Assembly (NCBI GenBank): GCA_031427355.1
Contig: JANPNG010000213.1
Span: 1 to 46,853, forward strand
Length of the DNA stretch: 46,853 bases
From: Hylemonella sp.
GTDB lineage: Bacteria > Pseudomonadota > Gammaproteobacteria > Burkholderiales > Burkholderiaceae_C
Direction of reading: 5' to 3'
Part shown: in pieces, positions 29,827 to 39,563 of the stretch
Layout: the number at the start of each line of letters is the position of its first letter
How positions within the stretch are numbered: position 1 is the first letter of the stretch
Translations under genes and position numbers: made by a program
Notes under the pieces: generated by a model
Seen by the model: only the letters and a program-made list of their open reading frames with translations
Database searches by the model: none
Told to the model about the DNA's origin: nothing

Positions 29827-31683
29827 ATGTATTCACTTAAATTTAGCCGCACTGGCAGCGTGAAGCTCTGCTTAGCCTGGCTCAGCCTGGCGCTGCTCGC
29901 CGCATGCGCTGCGGCACTGGCCGAGCCGCCCTTGGTGGAGCCAGTCCAGTCTGAGGTGGCTTCGGTTTATGCTGAAAAACCCGGCTGGACCAGCGCCAAA
30001 TTTGCGGTTGCCGCTGCCAATCCACTGGCCACTCAGGCCGGTTATCAGGTGCTCAAAGCGGGCGGCAGCGCGACCGATGCCGCCATCGCCGTGCAGATGG
30101 TGTTGACACTGGTGGAGCCACAAAACAGCGGCATCGGCGGCGGCGCTTTCCTGCTGCACTTCGATGGACGAGTCGTCGAGGCCTATGACGGCCGCGAGAC
30201 CGCGCCTGCGGCGGCTGATGAAACACTGCTGATGGGCGCGAATGGCAAACCCTTGGCGTTTTACGATGCCGTAGTGGGTGGCCGTTCAGTGGGCACACCG
30301 GGCACGGTGGCCATGCTGGAGATGGTGCACAAGCAACATGGCAAGCTGCCCTGGGCACAACTGTTTGAGCCCGCCATTGCCTTGGCAACCGAGGGCTTCA
30401 AGGTCAGTCCTCGACTGAATTCCCTGCTTGGCACTGAGCAACATCTTAAAAAAGACCCCGTGGCCCACGCTTATTTTTACAAGGCAGATGGCGCGCCCCA
30501 TGAAGTGGGTCATCTGCTGCGCAACCCGGCTCTGGCTGAAGTTTTAAAAAGAATCGCCCAGCACGGTGCCAAGGCCATGCAAGAGGGTGAAGTGGCACAA
30601 GCCATGGTGGACAAGGTTCAAAAGCATCCCTCGAATCCAGGCCAACTCAGCTTGGCCGATCTGGCGAACTACAAGGCCATTAAACGTGCGCCGCTTTGCC
30701 ATGACTACCGGGCCAGGGCCCATGATTTCCGGGTCTGCGGCTTTCCGCCTCCGAGTTCTGGGGCCATTGCCATTGGCCAAATCCTGGGACTACTTAACCA
30801 GACGAACGCGGTCAACCTACCTTTGGACCATGGCCTACCGTCCGCTGACTGGTTGCATCTCTATACCGAAGCGTCACGCCTGGCGTTTGCAGACCGTGCC
30901 CAGTACCTGGCTGACCCCGACTTTGTACAGCCGCCCGCCGGCCGCTGGATGAGCCTGCTGGATCCGGCTTATTTAGCCGGGCGCGCCCAACTGATCAGCC
31001 AAGCACCCGGCACCTTGAGCATGAAAACGGCCAAGCCGGGCTCCCCCGGCGGCATTCAAACGTCCTACGCACCGATGCCTGAACAAGTCGAATATGGCAC
31101 CTCACACATCTCCATTGTGGATGCATGGGGCAACGGCATCGCCATGACCACCACCATCGAAAACGGTTTTGGCTCGCGTCAAATGGTGACGGTCAACCCG
31201 ACACTGTCGGGCGGATTCTTACTTAACAATGAGCTCACCGATTTCAGTTTTCTACCGACTGATGCGTCTGGCACCCCCATCGCGAACCGCGTACAACCCG
31301 GCAAGCGCCCCCGCTCCAGCATGTCCCCCACACTCATTTTTGACAAAGCAAGTGGCGCTTTGGTGATGAGTGTGGGCAGCCCCGGCGGCGCGCAGATCAT
31401 TCACTTCACCGCCAAAACCATTTACGGCGTACTCAACTGGGGGCTGTCGCCGCAGCAAGCCATCAACCTGCCCAATTTCGGCTCGCTCAACGGGCCGACT
31501 CAGTTGGAGGAAAAACGTTTCCCCAAAACCACCGTCGATGCCCTCAACGCACGAGGCCACGAGGTTCGGGAAGTCAATATGACCAGCGGCTTGCAAGCCA
31601 TCAGCCGTGGGCAGGTGCAGGGTGTGCCCATGTGGCTGAGCGGCGCCGACCCACGCCGTGAAGGCATTGTCATGGGCGAATAG
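29827..31683 (+). CDS. ggt: Gamma-glutamyltransferase, probable lipoprotein or periplasmic
   Basis: 618 aa. The N-terminal signal peptide has a lipobox-like LLAAC. GGT motifs are present, including the autoprocessing site context EYGTSHISIVD and GSPGGAQII. Confidence 0.92.
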   Translation: MYSLKFSRTGSVKLCLAWLSLALLAACAAALAEPPLVEPVQSEVASVYAEKPGWTSAKFAVAAANPLATQAGYQVLKAGGSATDAAIAVQMVLTLVEPQNSGIGGGAFLLHFDGRVVEAYDGRETAPAAADETLLMGANGKPLAFYDAVVGGRSVGTPGTVAMLEMVHKQHGKLPWAQLFEPAIALATEGFKVSPRLNSLLGTEQHLKKDPVAHAYFYKADGAPHEVGHLLRNPALAEVLKRIAQHGAKAMQEGEVAQAMVDKVQKHPSNPGQLSLADLANYKAIKRAPLCHDYRARAHDFRVCGFPPPSSGAIAIGQILGLLNQTNAVNLPLDHGLPSADWLHLYTEASRLAFADRAQYLADPDFVQPPAGRWMSLLDPAYLAGRAQLISQAPGTLSMKTAKPGSPGGIQTSYAPMPEQVEYGTSHISIVDAWGNGIAMTTTIENGFGSRQMVTVNPTLSGGFLLNNELTDFSFLPTDASGTPIANRVQPGKRPRSSMSPTLIFDKASGALVMSVGSPGGAQIIHFTAKTIYGVLNWGLSPQQAINLPNFGSLNGPTQLEEKRFPKTTVDALNARGHEVREVNMTSGLQAISRGQVQGVPMWLSGADPRREGIVMGE

Positions 31684-31732
31684 GCAAGCTTGCCTATAAA
31701 CTTGCTCTTTTGCTCTGCGCCGGGAGATTTTC

Positions 31733-32533
31733 ATGACATGGTTAGAACGCTTCGTCCTCACTCTTTTCTTATGTGCATCGGGGCTTACGCAGGGGCTGGC
31801 GCAGGACAACACGCAGCTTAAACCGCTCCAAGGTTTGGTTGCCTTCAGCTCGGATGAAGGCATGGCTCGACTGTCCAGCGCGGCTGCAAAAATTGATTTT
31901 CCAGCGTTGGCGAATCAGTTTGAGGCGCAGTCCAACACCGCTTTTTGTGGTCCTACCACGGCCGCCATCGTGCTCAATGCCCTGCACGCCCGCAGCCCCG
32001 AGCTGCCCCGTGACCGCAGTCGCTTGCGCCCCGAAGACATGGTCTACATCTCGCACGGCGTCGAGCTGTCAGTCCCCCGTTTTACGCAAGACAACGTGAT
32101 TGGCAAAGGACAAAAAACCCGCTCACAAGTCCTGGGGGAACCTGTCACGATCAATGGCAAACTGATCCGCGACGGTGGCTATCAGTTGCGCCAATTTGAC
32201 GAGTTGCTCAGGGCGCATGGCCTGGTAACCCGGGCCGTGGTGGTGGACGACTTGAAGACCGATGCGCAAATTCGCGCTGATCTGGTCGATAACCTCAGCC
32301 GTGGCGGCGACTACGTCATCGTCAACTACCGGCGAGAAGCAGTGGGCCAACGCGGTGGTGGCCACATCTCCCCCTTGGGGGCTTACGACGCCCAGTCCAA
32401 CTCTTTTCTGGTTCTGGACGTGAACCCCGCCAGTGCGGGCTGGGTCTGGATGCCGACTGAAACCCTGGTCAAAGGCATGCGCACATTTGATCGGGTTGAA
32501 AACCGTGGTTACATCCTGATTCAGGAGCGTTAA
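31733..32533 (+). CDS. Phytochelatin-synthase-like papain-fold protein (bacterial PCS homologue), secreted
   Basis: 266 aa with GGAG 7 nt upstream and a signal peptide. It has Cys-His-Asp candidates in PCS-like contexts: NTAFCGPTTAAIVLNAL, GGGHISPLGAYD and FLVLDVNP. Confidence 0.75.
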   Translation: MTWLERFVLTLFLCASGLTQGLAQDNTQLKPLQGLVAFSSDEGMARLSSAAAKIDFPALANQFEAQSNTAFCGPTTAAIVLNALHARSPELPRDRSRLRPEDMVYISHGVELSVPRFTQDNVIGKGQKTRSQVLGEPVTINGKLIRDGGYQLRQFDELLRAHGLVTRAVVVDDLKTDAQIRADLVDNLSRGGDYVIVNYRREAVGQRGGGHISPLGAYDAQSNSFLVLDVNPASAGWVWMPTETLVKGMRTFDRVENRGYILIQER

Positions 32534-32609
32534 GAAACCGAGCGATCGATACGGCCACGACCTCGGTCCTGCGCAGACGGCAAGCCGACTAAGTCACAAT
32601 CACACCCCC

Positions 32610-34493
32610 ATGGCCATTCCCCAAACCTTCATCCAGGAGCTGATCGCCCGCGCCGACGTGGTGGAGATCGTGGGCCGCTACGTGCAGCTCAAAAAGGGTG
32701 GTGCCAACTTCATGGGTCTGTGCCCCTTCCACGGCGAAAAATCCCCCTCGTTCTCGGTCAGCCCGGCCAAACAGTTCTACCACTGCTTTGGTTGCGGCAA
32801 GAACGGGAACGCCATCAGCTTTTTGATGGAGCACGCGGGCATGACCTTCATTGAAGCCGTCAAGGACCTGGCCCAGCAGTTCGGCATGCAAGTGCCCGAG
32901 GACGACGCCAGCCCGCAAGACCGAGCCCGCGCCGCAGAGCAACGCGAGAAGCAAGCCACGCTCACCGATGTGCTGGAAAAAGCCGGTGAAGCCTGGCGCA
33001 AGCACCTCAAAAACACGCCTCACGCTGTTGAGTACCTCAAGGGTCGTGGCCTGTCAGGCGAAGTCGCCAAACAGTTTGGCCTGGGCTATGCACCCGAAGG
33101 CTGGCGCACGCTGGCCAGCGTCTTCCCCAACTACGACGACCCGATGTTGGCGGAGAGCGGTCTCGTCATCACTAGCGCCGATGAAGACGGCGGCGAAGAA
33201 AAACGCTACGACCGTTTCCGCGACCGCATCATGTTCCCGATCCGCAACGTCAAAGGCGAGTGCATCGGCTTTGGCGGACGCGTGCTGGGCGATGAAAAGC
33301 CGAAATACCTCAACTCGCCCGAGACACCAGTTTTCAGCAAGGGGCGTGAGCTGTATGGTCTGTTTGAGGCAAGAGGTGCCTTGCGCGAACAAGGCTACGT
33401 GCTCGTCACCGAAGGCTATATGGACGTGGTGGCACTAGCCCAGCTTGGCTTTCCCAACGCGGTGGCCACGCTGGGCACAGCCTGCACGCCCGAGCATGTG
33501 CAAAAGCTATTCCGCTTTACCGACTCGGTCGTCTTCAGCTTCGATGGCGATGCCGCCGGGCGGCGTGCTGCCCGTAAAGCGCTAGACGGTGCCCTGCCCT
33601 ATGCCAGCGACGTGCGCAGCGTCAAATTTTTGTTCTTGCCCGCAGAGCATGACCCCGACAGCTTCATCCGCGAGCACGGCAAAGAGGCCTTCTCCCGCTA
33701 CGTGAGCGAAGCCCTGCCCCTGAGTCGATTCCTGGTGGATGCCGCCCGCGAAGGCTGCGACCTGCACACGGCGGAGGGCCGCGCCCACATGGCCAGCAAT
33801 GCCAAGCCGCTGTGGAGCCTGCTGCCCGAGGGTGCGCTCAAGCTTCAACTCTTAAGCGAGTTGGCCGATCTGGTGCAGCTCACCACCCGTGAGTTAACCG
33901 TCTTGTGGTCACCAGCCCCCTCCCACGGCGCTAAAAAATTTGCTGACGGCTCCAGAAGTAGCTATAAAAATAATAGCTACCAACACAATTATTCAGAGGG
34001 CTACAGCCCTAAATCGTCATCAGATTTCAGACCAAAACCGCGGTTGAGTGGCCGTGCTGCCCCGGCCAGCCGCGCCGACCATGCCGCCCGCTTGCTGTTG
34101 GGCCACAGCGCCGCCTGGGACAGCCTGTCTAGCGAAGACCACGCCTTGCTCTGCGCCCTGCCCGCCCCGCATGGCCCTCTGTTCAGCTGGCTGGAGAGCC
34201 AATTGCACGAGCACGGCCCCCAGGCTTGGGCCGCGCTGCGCGAGGGCCTGCTTGACCACCCCTCCCAAGACCTGGCCCAGCAACTCATGTCCGGTCCCGC
34301 GCTGGACGACACCGCCGACAACCAGCGGGAGACTCTGCAAGAGCTGCGCAACCTGGTCAACCGCATGCTGGTGGAGCAACTCAAGGCACAAGAAACCGAG
34401 GCACTGGAGGCATCCAAGAACGACCCGTCTGCCGCGCTGCGCTACCGCGAGATCCATGAACGGCGGAAAAAGTTGTTGGAACCGAAGGTATAA
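32610..34493 (+). CDS. dnaG: DNA primase
   Basis: 627 aa. Zinc ribbon CPFHGEKSPSFSVSPAKQFYHCFGCG, RNA polymerase core and TOPRIM (VTEGYMDVVAL, FDGDAAG), followed by a long low-complexity linker and a C-terminal helicase-interaction region. Confidence 0.95.
   Translation: MAIPQTFIQELIARADVVEIVGRYVQLKKGGANFMGLCPFHGEKSPSFSVSPAKQFYHCFGCGKNGNAISFLMEHAGMTFIEAVKDLAQQFGMQVPEDDASPQDRARAAEQREKQATLTDVLEKAGEAWRKHLKNTPHAVEYLKGRGLSGEVAKQFGLGYAPEGWRTLASVFPNYDDPMLAESGLVITSADEDGGEEKRYDRFRDRIMFPIRNVKGECIGFGGRVLGDEKPKYLNSPETPVFSKGRELYGLFEARGALREQGYVLVTEGYMDVVALAQLGFPNAVATLGTACTPEHVQKLFRFTDSVVFSFDGDAAGRRAARKALDGALPYASDVRSVKFLFLPAEHDPDSFIREHGKEAFSRYVSEALPLSRFLVDAAREGCDLHTAEGRAHMASNAKPLWSLLPEGALKLQLLSELADLVQLTTRELTVLWSPAPSHGAKKFADGSRSSYKNNSYQHNYSEGYSPKSSSDFRPKPRLSGRAAPASRADHAARLLLGHSAAWDSLSSEDHALLCALPAPHGPLFSWLESQLHEHGPQAWAALREGLLDHPSQDLAQQLMSGPALDDTADNQRETLQELRNLVNRMLVEQLKAQETEALEASKNDPSAALRYREIHERRKKLLEPKV
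33960..34001 (+). repeat. AT-rich 42-nt motif, copy f (inside the dnaG linker)
   Basis: AGCTATAAAAATA-ATAGCT-ACCAACACA-ATTATTCAGAGGGC. It encodes SSYKNNSYQHNYSEGY within an AT-rich low-complexity stretch. Confidence 0.7.
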
Positions 34494-34728
34494 TCCACCC
34501 CTGTTTACTCGGCAAGAGCGACAGCAGCACCTCCGGGCCAGGCCAACCGTTGAAATCACTTCACAACCGGCCGCCTTACCGCAAGGACTGCATACCAAAT
34601 GTTCGCCCACACATCTTGCCCCCAAGGCTTTGTCCTTTGCCCTATTAACCGCGCAGCCATCGCGCCGGTTTTCTCGTCGTCAGTGTGTTTGTTCCTTGTC
34701 CGTTTTTTTGTTGTCCAGAGGTTGATCC

Positions 34729-36951
<2,223 letters not shown>

Positions 36952-36970
36952 ACGTCAAGTTGAATCAAAA

Positions 36971-36997
36971 ATGGGCCCCGCAAGGGCCCATTTTTTT
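36971..36997 (+). terminator. Rho-independent terminator after rpoD (bidirectional with the NIPSNAP gene)
   Basis: ATGGGCCC-CGCAA-GGGCCCAT followed by TTTTTTT. An A-run precedes the stem, so the minus strand also carries a U-tail for the convergent gene ending at 37018. Confidence 0.88.
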
Positions 36998-37017
36998 ATT
37001 GTGCTTGGCTTATCGGC

Positions 37018-37341
37018 CTAAACCGGGATCACCGACTTGATCAGCCGCGTCTCTTGCGCCGTGATCAGGTGGGCCGAGGCCTGCAGATAGGCTGGAAAAT
37101 CCGGATGCGCGTCACGCGCCTTGCAGCGCCGCTCAAAGTCCGCCAGATCGTCATAAGCCCACAGGTGCACAAACTGGTTCAGCGGCCCCACCATGGTGGT
37201 GTAAAAGCCAATCGGCGTGCCCAGCGTCTCTTTCAAAACAGGCATGGCCAAACGGTTGAACACCTCCAAAAACTCGGGCATCTTGCGCAGGGCGATGGTG
37301 TAGGTGCGGTGGTCGATCAGGGGTTTGGTGGTGGGATTCAT
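37018..37341 (-). CDS. NIPSNAP-family protein
   Basis: ATG at 37341 gives a 107-aa product. MNPTTKPLIDHRTYTI...FVHLWAYDDLADFERR matches the NIPSNAP dimeric alpha-beta-barrel pattern. The upstream 42 ORF codons are discarded. Confidence 0.75.
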   Translation of the reverse strand: MNPTTKPLIDHRTYTIALRKMPEFLEVFNRLAMPVLKETLGTPIGFYTTMVGPLNQFVHLWAYDDLADFERRCKARDAHPDFPAYLQASAHLITAQETRLIKSVIPV

Positions 37342-37349
37342 GCGTTGTC

Positions 37350-37375
37350 TCTTGTGGCATCGTCTTGTGGCGTCG
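37350..37375. repeat. Tandem 13-mer direct repeat immediately upstream of the NIPSNAP start
   Basis: TCTTGTGGCATCG (37350-37362) is followed directly by TCTTGTGGCGTCG (37363-37375), 12 of 13 identical. The repeat lies 9 nt from the ATG at 37341. Confidence 0.8.
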
Positions 37376-37418
37376 ATACGGCAGTGTGATTTTATTCCGG
37401 TGGATTCACCCCAAGCGA

Positions 37419-38534
37419 TCACACCATGCGGTCGCGCCGCGCTAGCGCCGGAAACAGCTTCAACCATGAGAGGGCAATCACCATCGTTCCCACGCCACCC
37501 AGCACCACCGAGCCCACCGGGCCGAACAGCTCAGCGGTGGCGCCGGACTCAAACTCACCCAGTTGATTGGACGCGCCGATAAAGATGGAGTTGACGGCTG
37601 AGACGCGGCCTCGCATTTCATCGGGCGTCTCCAGCTGCATCAGGGTCAGGCGCGTGACCACGCTGACGTTATCGGCCGCGCCGGTCACGGCCAGCGCCAG
37701 CATCGACAGGCCAAACACACCCACCGCCATCAACACACGCCGCCCCACCCAACGCCGGATCGGCCAGCGCATGAGCACCAACGACATGAGCAGCGCTCCC
37801 ATGGCAGGCGAGGCGCGCATAGATGGGCGGCAAGGCGGTGGCCCCGCCCAGCAAGACGGCAAACAGATCCAGCGATGTAGCCCCCCCAACAGCACCTTGC
37901 GCTGCCAGACAAACGCCACACCCGCCATCACCGTTCCCCACGTCGCGGCCAAATGGGAGGGGCGATGGGTGTAGCGCACCGTCAGCACCAGCGCGCAGGC
38001 CAGCAACAAAAGCACTGCGCAAGTGGCGTAAACGACTGAAGCCCCCGCCAAGTACAGTAAGCCGCCGAGCGCTGGCCCACTGATGACGGCGACCTGCTGA
38101 CCACTGGAACTCATCGCAATCGCCCGTTGCAGGAACTCCGGCGGCACCAGCATGGGGGTGAGCGACTGCTGCACCGGCATCTGAAAAGCCCGCGCCATAC
38201 CCAGCAACACGGACAAGCCAAAAATCAGCTCCCGCGTGACATGGCCCCACTGCGTGGCGCCCACCAGCCAGGCCGCCACAACCGCCTGCGCCAACATACA
38301 GACTGCAAAGATACGCCCCCGGTGAAACCGGTCGGCCACATGCCCGGCAGGCAGCGTCATGAGCAGCGCGGGGATGAACTGAAACAAGCCCACCAGGCCG
38401 AGGTCCCAGGCGCTGGAGGTGATGTCATACATGTGCCAAGCCACCGCCACCATCAACATCTGATTGGCCATGACGCCAGACAGGCGGGCGAACCAGAAGC
38501 GGATGAATTGACGATGTGCGATCGCTTGGGCCAT
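37419..38534 (-). CDS. MFS transporter (central segment possibly frame-scrambled)
   Basis: ATG at 38534 gives MAQAIAHRQFIRFWFARLSGVMANQM. The protein is polytopic and hydrophobic, with a conserved C-terminal LETPDEMRGRVSAVNSIFIGASNQLGEFESG. Residues encoded by about 37812-37880 are atypical, Cys/Pro/Trp/Arg-rich. See the finding. Confidence 0.75.
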   Translation of the reverse strand: MAQAIAHRQFIRFWFARLSGVMANQMLMVAVAWHMYDITSSAWDLGLVGLFQFIPALLMTLPAGHVADRFHRGRIFAVCMLAQAVVAAWLVGATQWGHVTRELIFGLSVLLGMARAFQMPVQQSLTPMLVPPEFLQRAIAMSSSGQQVAVISGPALGGLLYLAGASVVYATCAVLLLLACALVLTVRYTHRPSHLAATWGTVMAGVAFVWQRKVLLGGLHRWICLPSCWAGPPPCRPSMRASPAMGALLMSLVLMRWPIRRWVGRRVLMAVGVFGLSMLALAVTGAADNVSVVTRLTLMQLETPDEMRGRVSAVNSIFIGASNQLGEFESGATAELFGPVGSVVLGGVGTMVIALSWLKLFPALARRDRMV

Positions 38535-38619
38535 GATGTCCACGCAATCTACCGCGACTAGCGGGCCCACACAACTAAAATCATCAACTCTGCCACCACC
38601 CGTTCTTGCATTGCCCGCC

Positions 38620-39495
38620 ATGGAACTCAACTCCACCATTGTCACCACACCCATCCGATCCGCCGCCACGGTAGTCATGCTGCGCGACGCACCGCAGGGG
38701 CTAGAGGTGTTTCTGATCAAGCGCCACGGTCTGTCAGACGTGCTGGGCGGAGCCTATGTGTTTCCGGGGGGCAAGGTGGACGCGCTGGACGCCGCCGCCG
38801 ACACCTTGGCCCACTTGGACCAGCCCGCGCAGGCCTTGCACGCCCTTCTGGGCGAGCCCGAGCTGGACGCGCCCACCGCAGCCAGCATGTTTGTTGCCGC
38901 ACTGCGCGAATCGTTTGAAGAGTCGGGCGTGTTGTTCGCGCAAAGTGCCACTGCCGACCAAGTGGCGCAGGCGCGTGCCATGCTGGCAGAGGGTCTGAGC
39001 TTTCCCGCCGTGTTGGCGCGCCTGGGTCTGCGGCTCAGTACCCAGAGCGTCACGCCTTGGGTCCGCTGGATCACGCCCTTCATGCCCTCGGTCAGCAGCA
39101 AACGCTTTGACACCCGCTTCTTCATCACCGCCGTGCCGTCGGATCAAATTGCGAGCCACGACAACCATGAAGCCACGGCGAGCGTCTGGCTATCGCCTCG
39201 CGCCGCCTTGGTGCAGTACCGCGACGCGCAAATCGAGTTGGCCCCACCGCAAATCATGAGCCTGGCCCACCTCTCGCGCCACAGCACGGTCGCCAGCGTC
39301 TTGAGCGAGGCACAAAGCCGCCTGCCGCCCGTGGTGCAACCGGAACCCTTTGACCAAGACGGTGTGCGCGTGCTGTGCTATCCCGGCGACGCGCGCCACT
39401 CGGTGCGCGCGCGCGCCCTGCCCGGGCCTTCGCGCTTGCACTACCGCAATAAACGCTTTGAGCCGATTGATGGCTTTGAGTCGCTGTTTGATTAG
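38620..39495 (+). CDS. Nudix-family hydrolase
   Basis: ATG at 38620 (MELNSTIV...). The Nudix box is present: FPGGKVD...AALRESFEESGVLFA. The ORF-track start at 38533 would overlap the divergent MFS start, so I reject it. Confidence 0.8.
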   Translation: MELNSTIVTTPIRSAATVVMLRDAPQGLEVFLIKRHGLSDVLGGAYVFPGGKVDALDAAADTLAHLDQPAQALHALLGEPELDAPTAASMFVAALRESFEESGVLFAQSATADQVAQARAMLAEGLSFPAVLARLGLRLSTQSVTPWVRWITPFMPSVSSKRFDTRFFITAVPSDQIASHDNHEATASVWLSPRAALVQYRDAQIELAPPQIMSLAHLSRHSTVASVLSEAQSRLPPVVQPEPFDQDGVRVLCYPGDARHSVRARALPGPSRLHYRNKRFEPIDGFESLFD

Positions 39496-39518
39496 CTGTT
39501 TGATTAACTGTCTGAGTA
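39483..39518 (+). repeat. Three tandem 12-mers spanning the Nudix stop codon
   Basis: The units are GCTGTTTGATTA (39483-39494), GCTGTTTGATTA (39495-39506) and ACTGTCTGAGTA (39507-39518). The first two are identical and the third matches 9 of 12. Confidence 0.9.
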
Positions 39519-39563
39519 GAGGCAGGCCTCAAGTTATCGCGCAGCCCAGCCGATACAAGCGGT

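Noticed and set aside
31681-31694. The perfect 14-nt palindrome AGGCAAGCTTGCCT starting at the ggt stop codon, considered as a terminator.
   Set aside because: The stem is only about 5 bp once a loop is allowed, and no U-tract follows. The next gene starts 39 nt later with its own SD, which is consistent with co-transcription. It might be a protein-binding site, but there is no further support.
4344-34001. The AT-rich motif interpreted as sigma-70 promoters. On the + strand this would be TTGATA-type -35 boxes. On the minus strand the AGCTATNAW part reads as TATAAA, TATCAA or TATTAT -10-like hexamers.
   Set aside because: No consistent -35/-10 pair with correct spacing exists across the copies. 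The implied transcripts would be sense in some hosts and antisense in others, with no coherent logic. Weak intragenic promoter activity cannot be excluded.
34494-34728. The 235-nt dnaG-rpoD intergenic region, considered as a possible small RNA or riboswitch.
   Set aside because: I could recognise no convincing promoter-plus-terminator pair or conserved structured motif. The region most likely holds rpoD promoters, as in other rpsU-dnaG-rpoD type arrangements.
37669-38250. 193-aa alternative-frame ORF inside the MFS gene, considered as an independent gene.
   Set aside because: Only a segment of about 24 residues looks protein-like, and that segment fits as the displaced frame of the MFS transporter. 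I treat it as evidence for frame scrambling, not as a separate gene.
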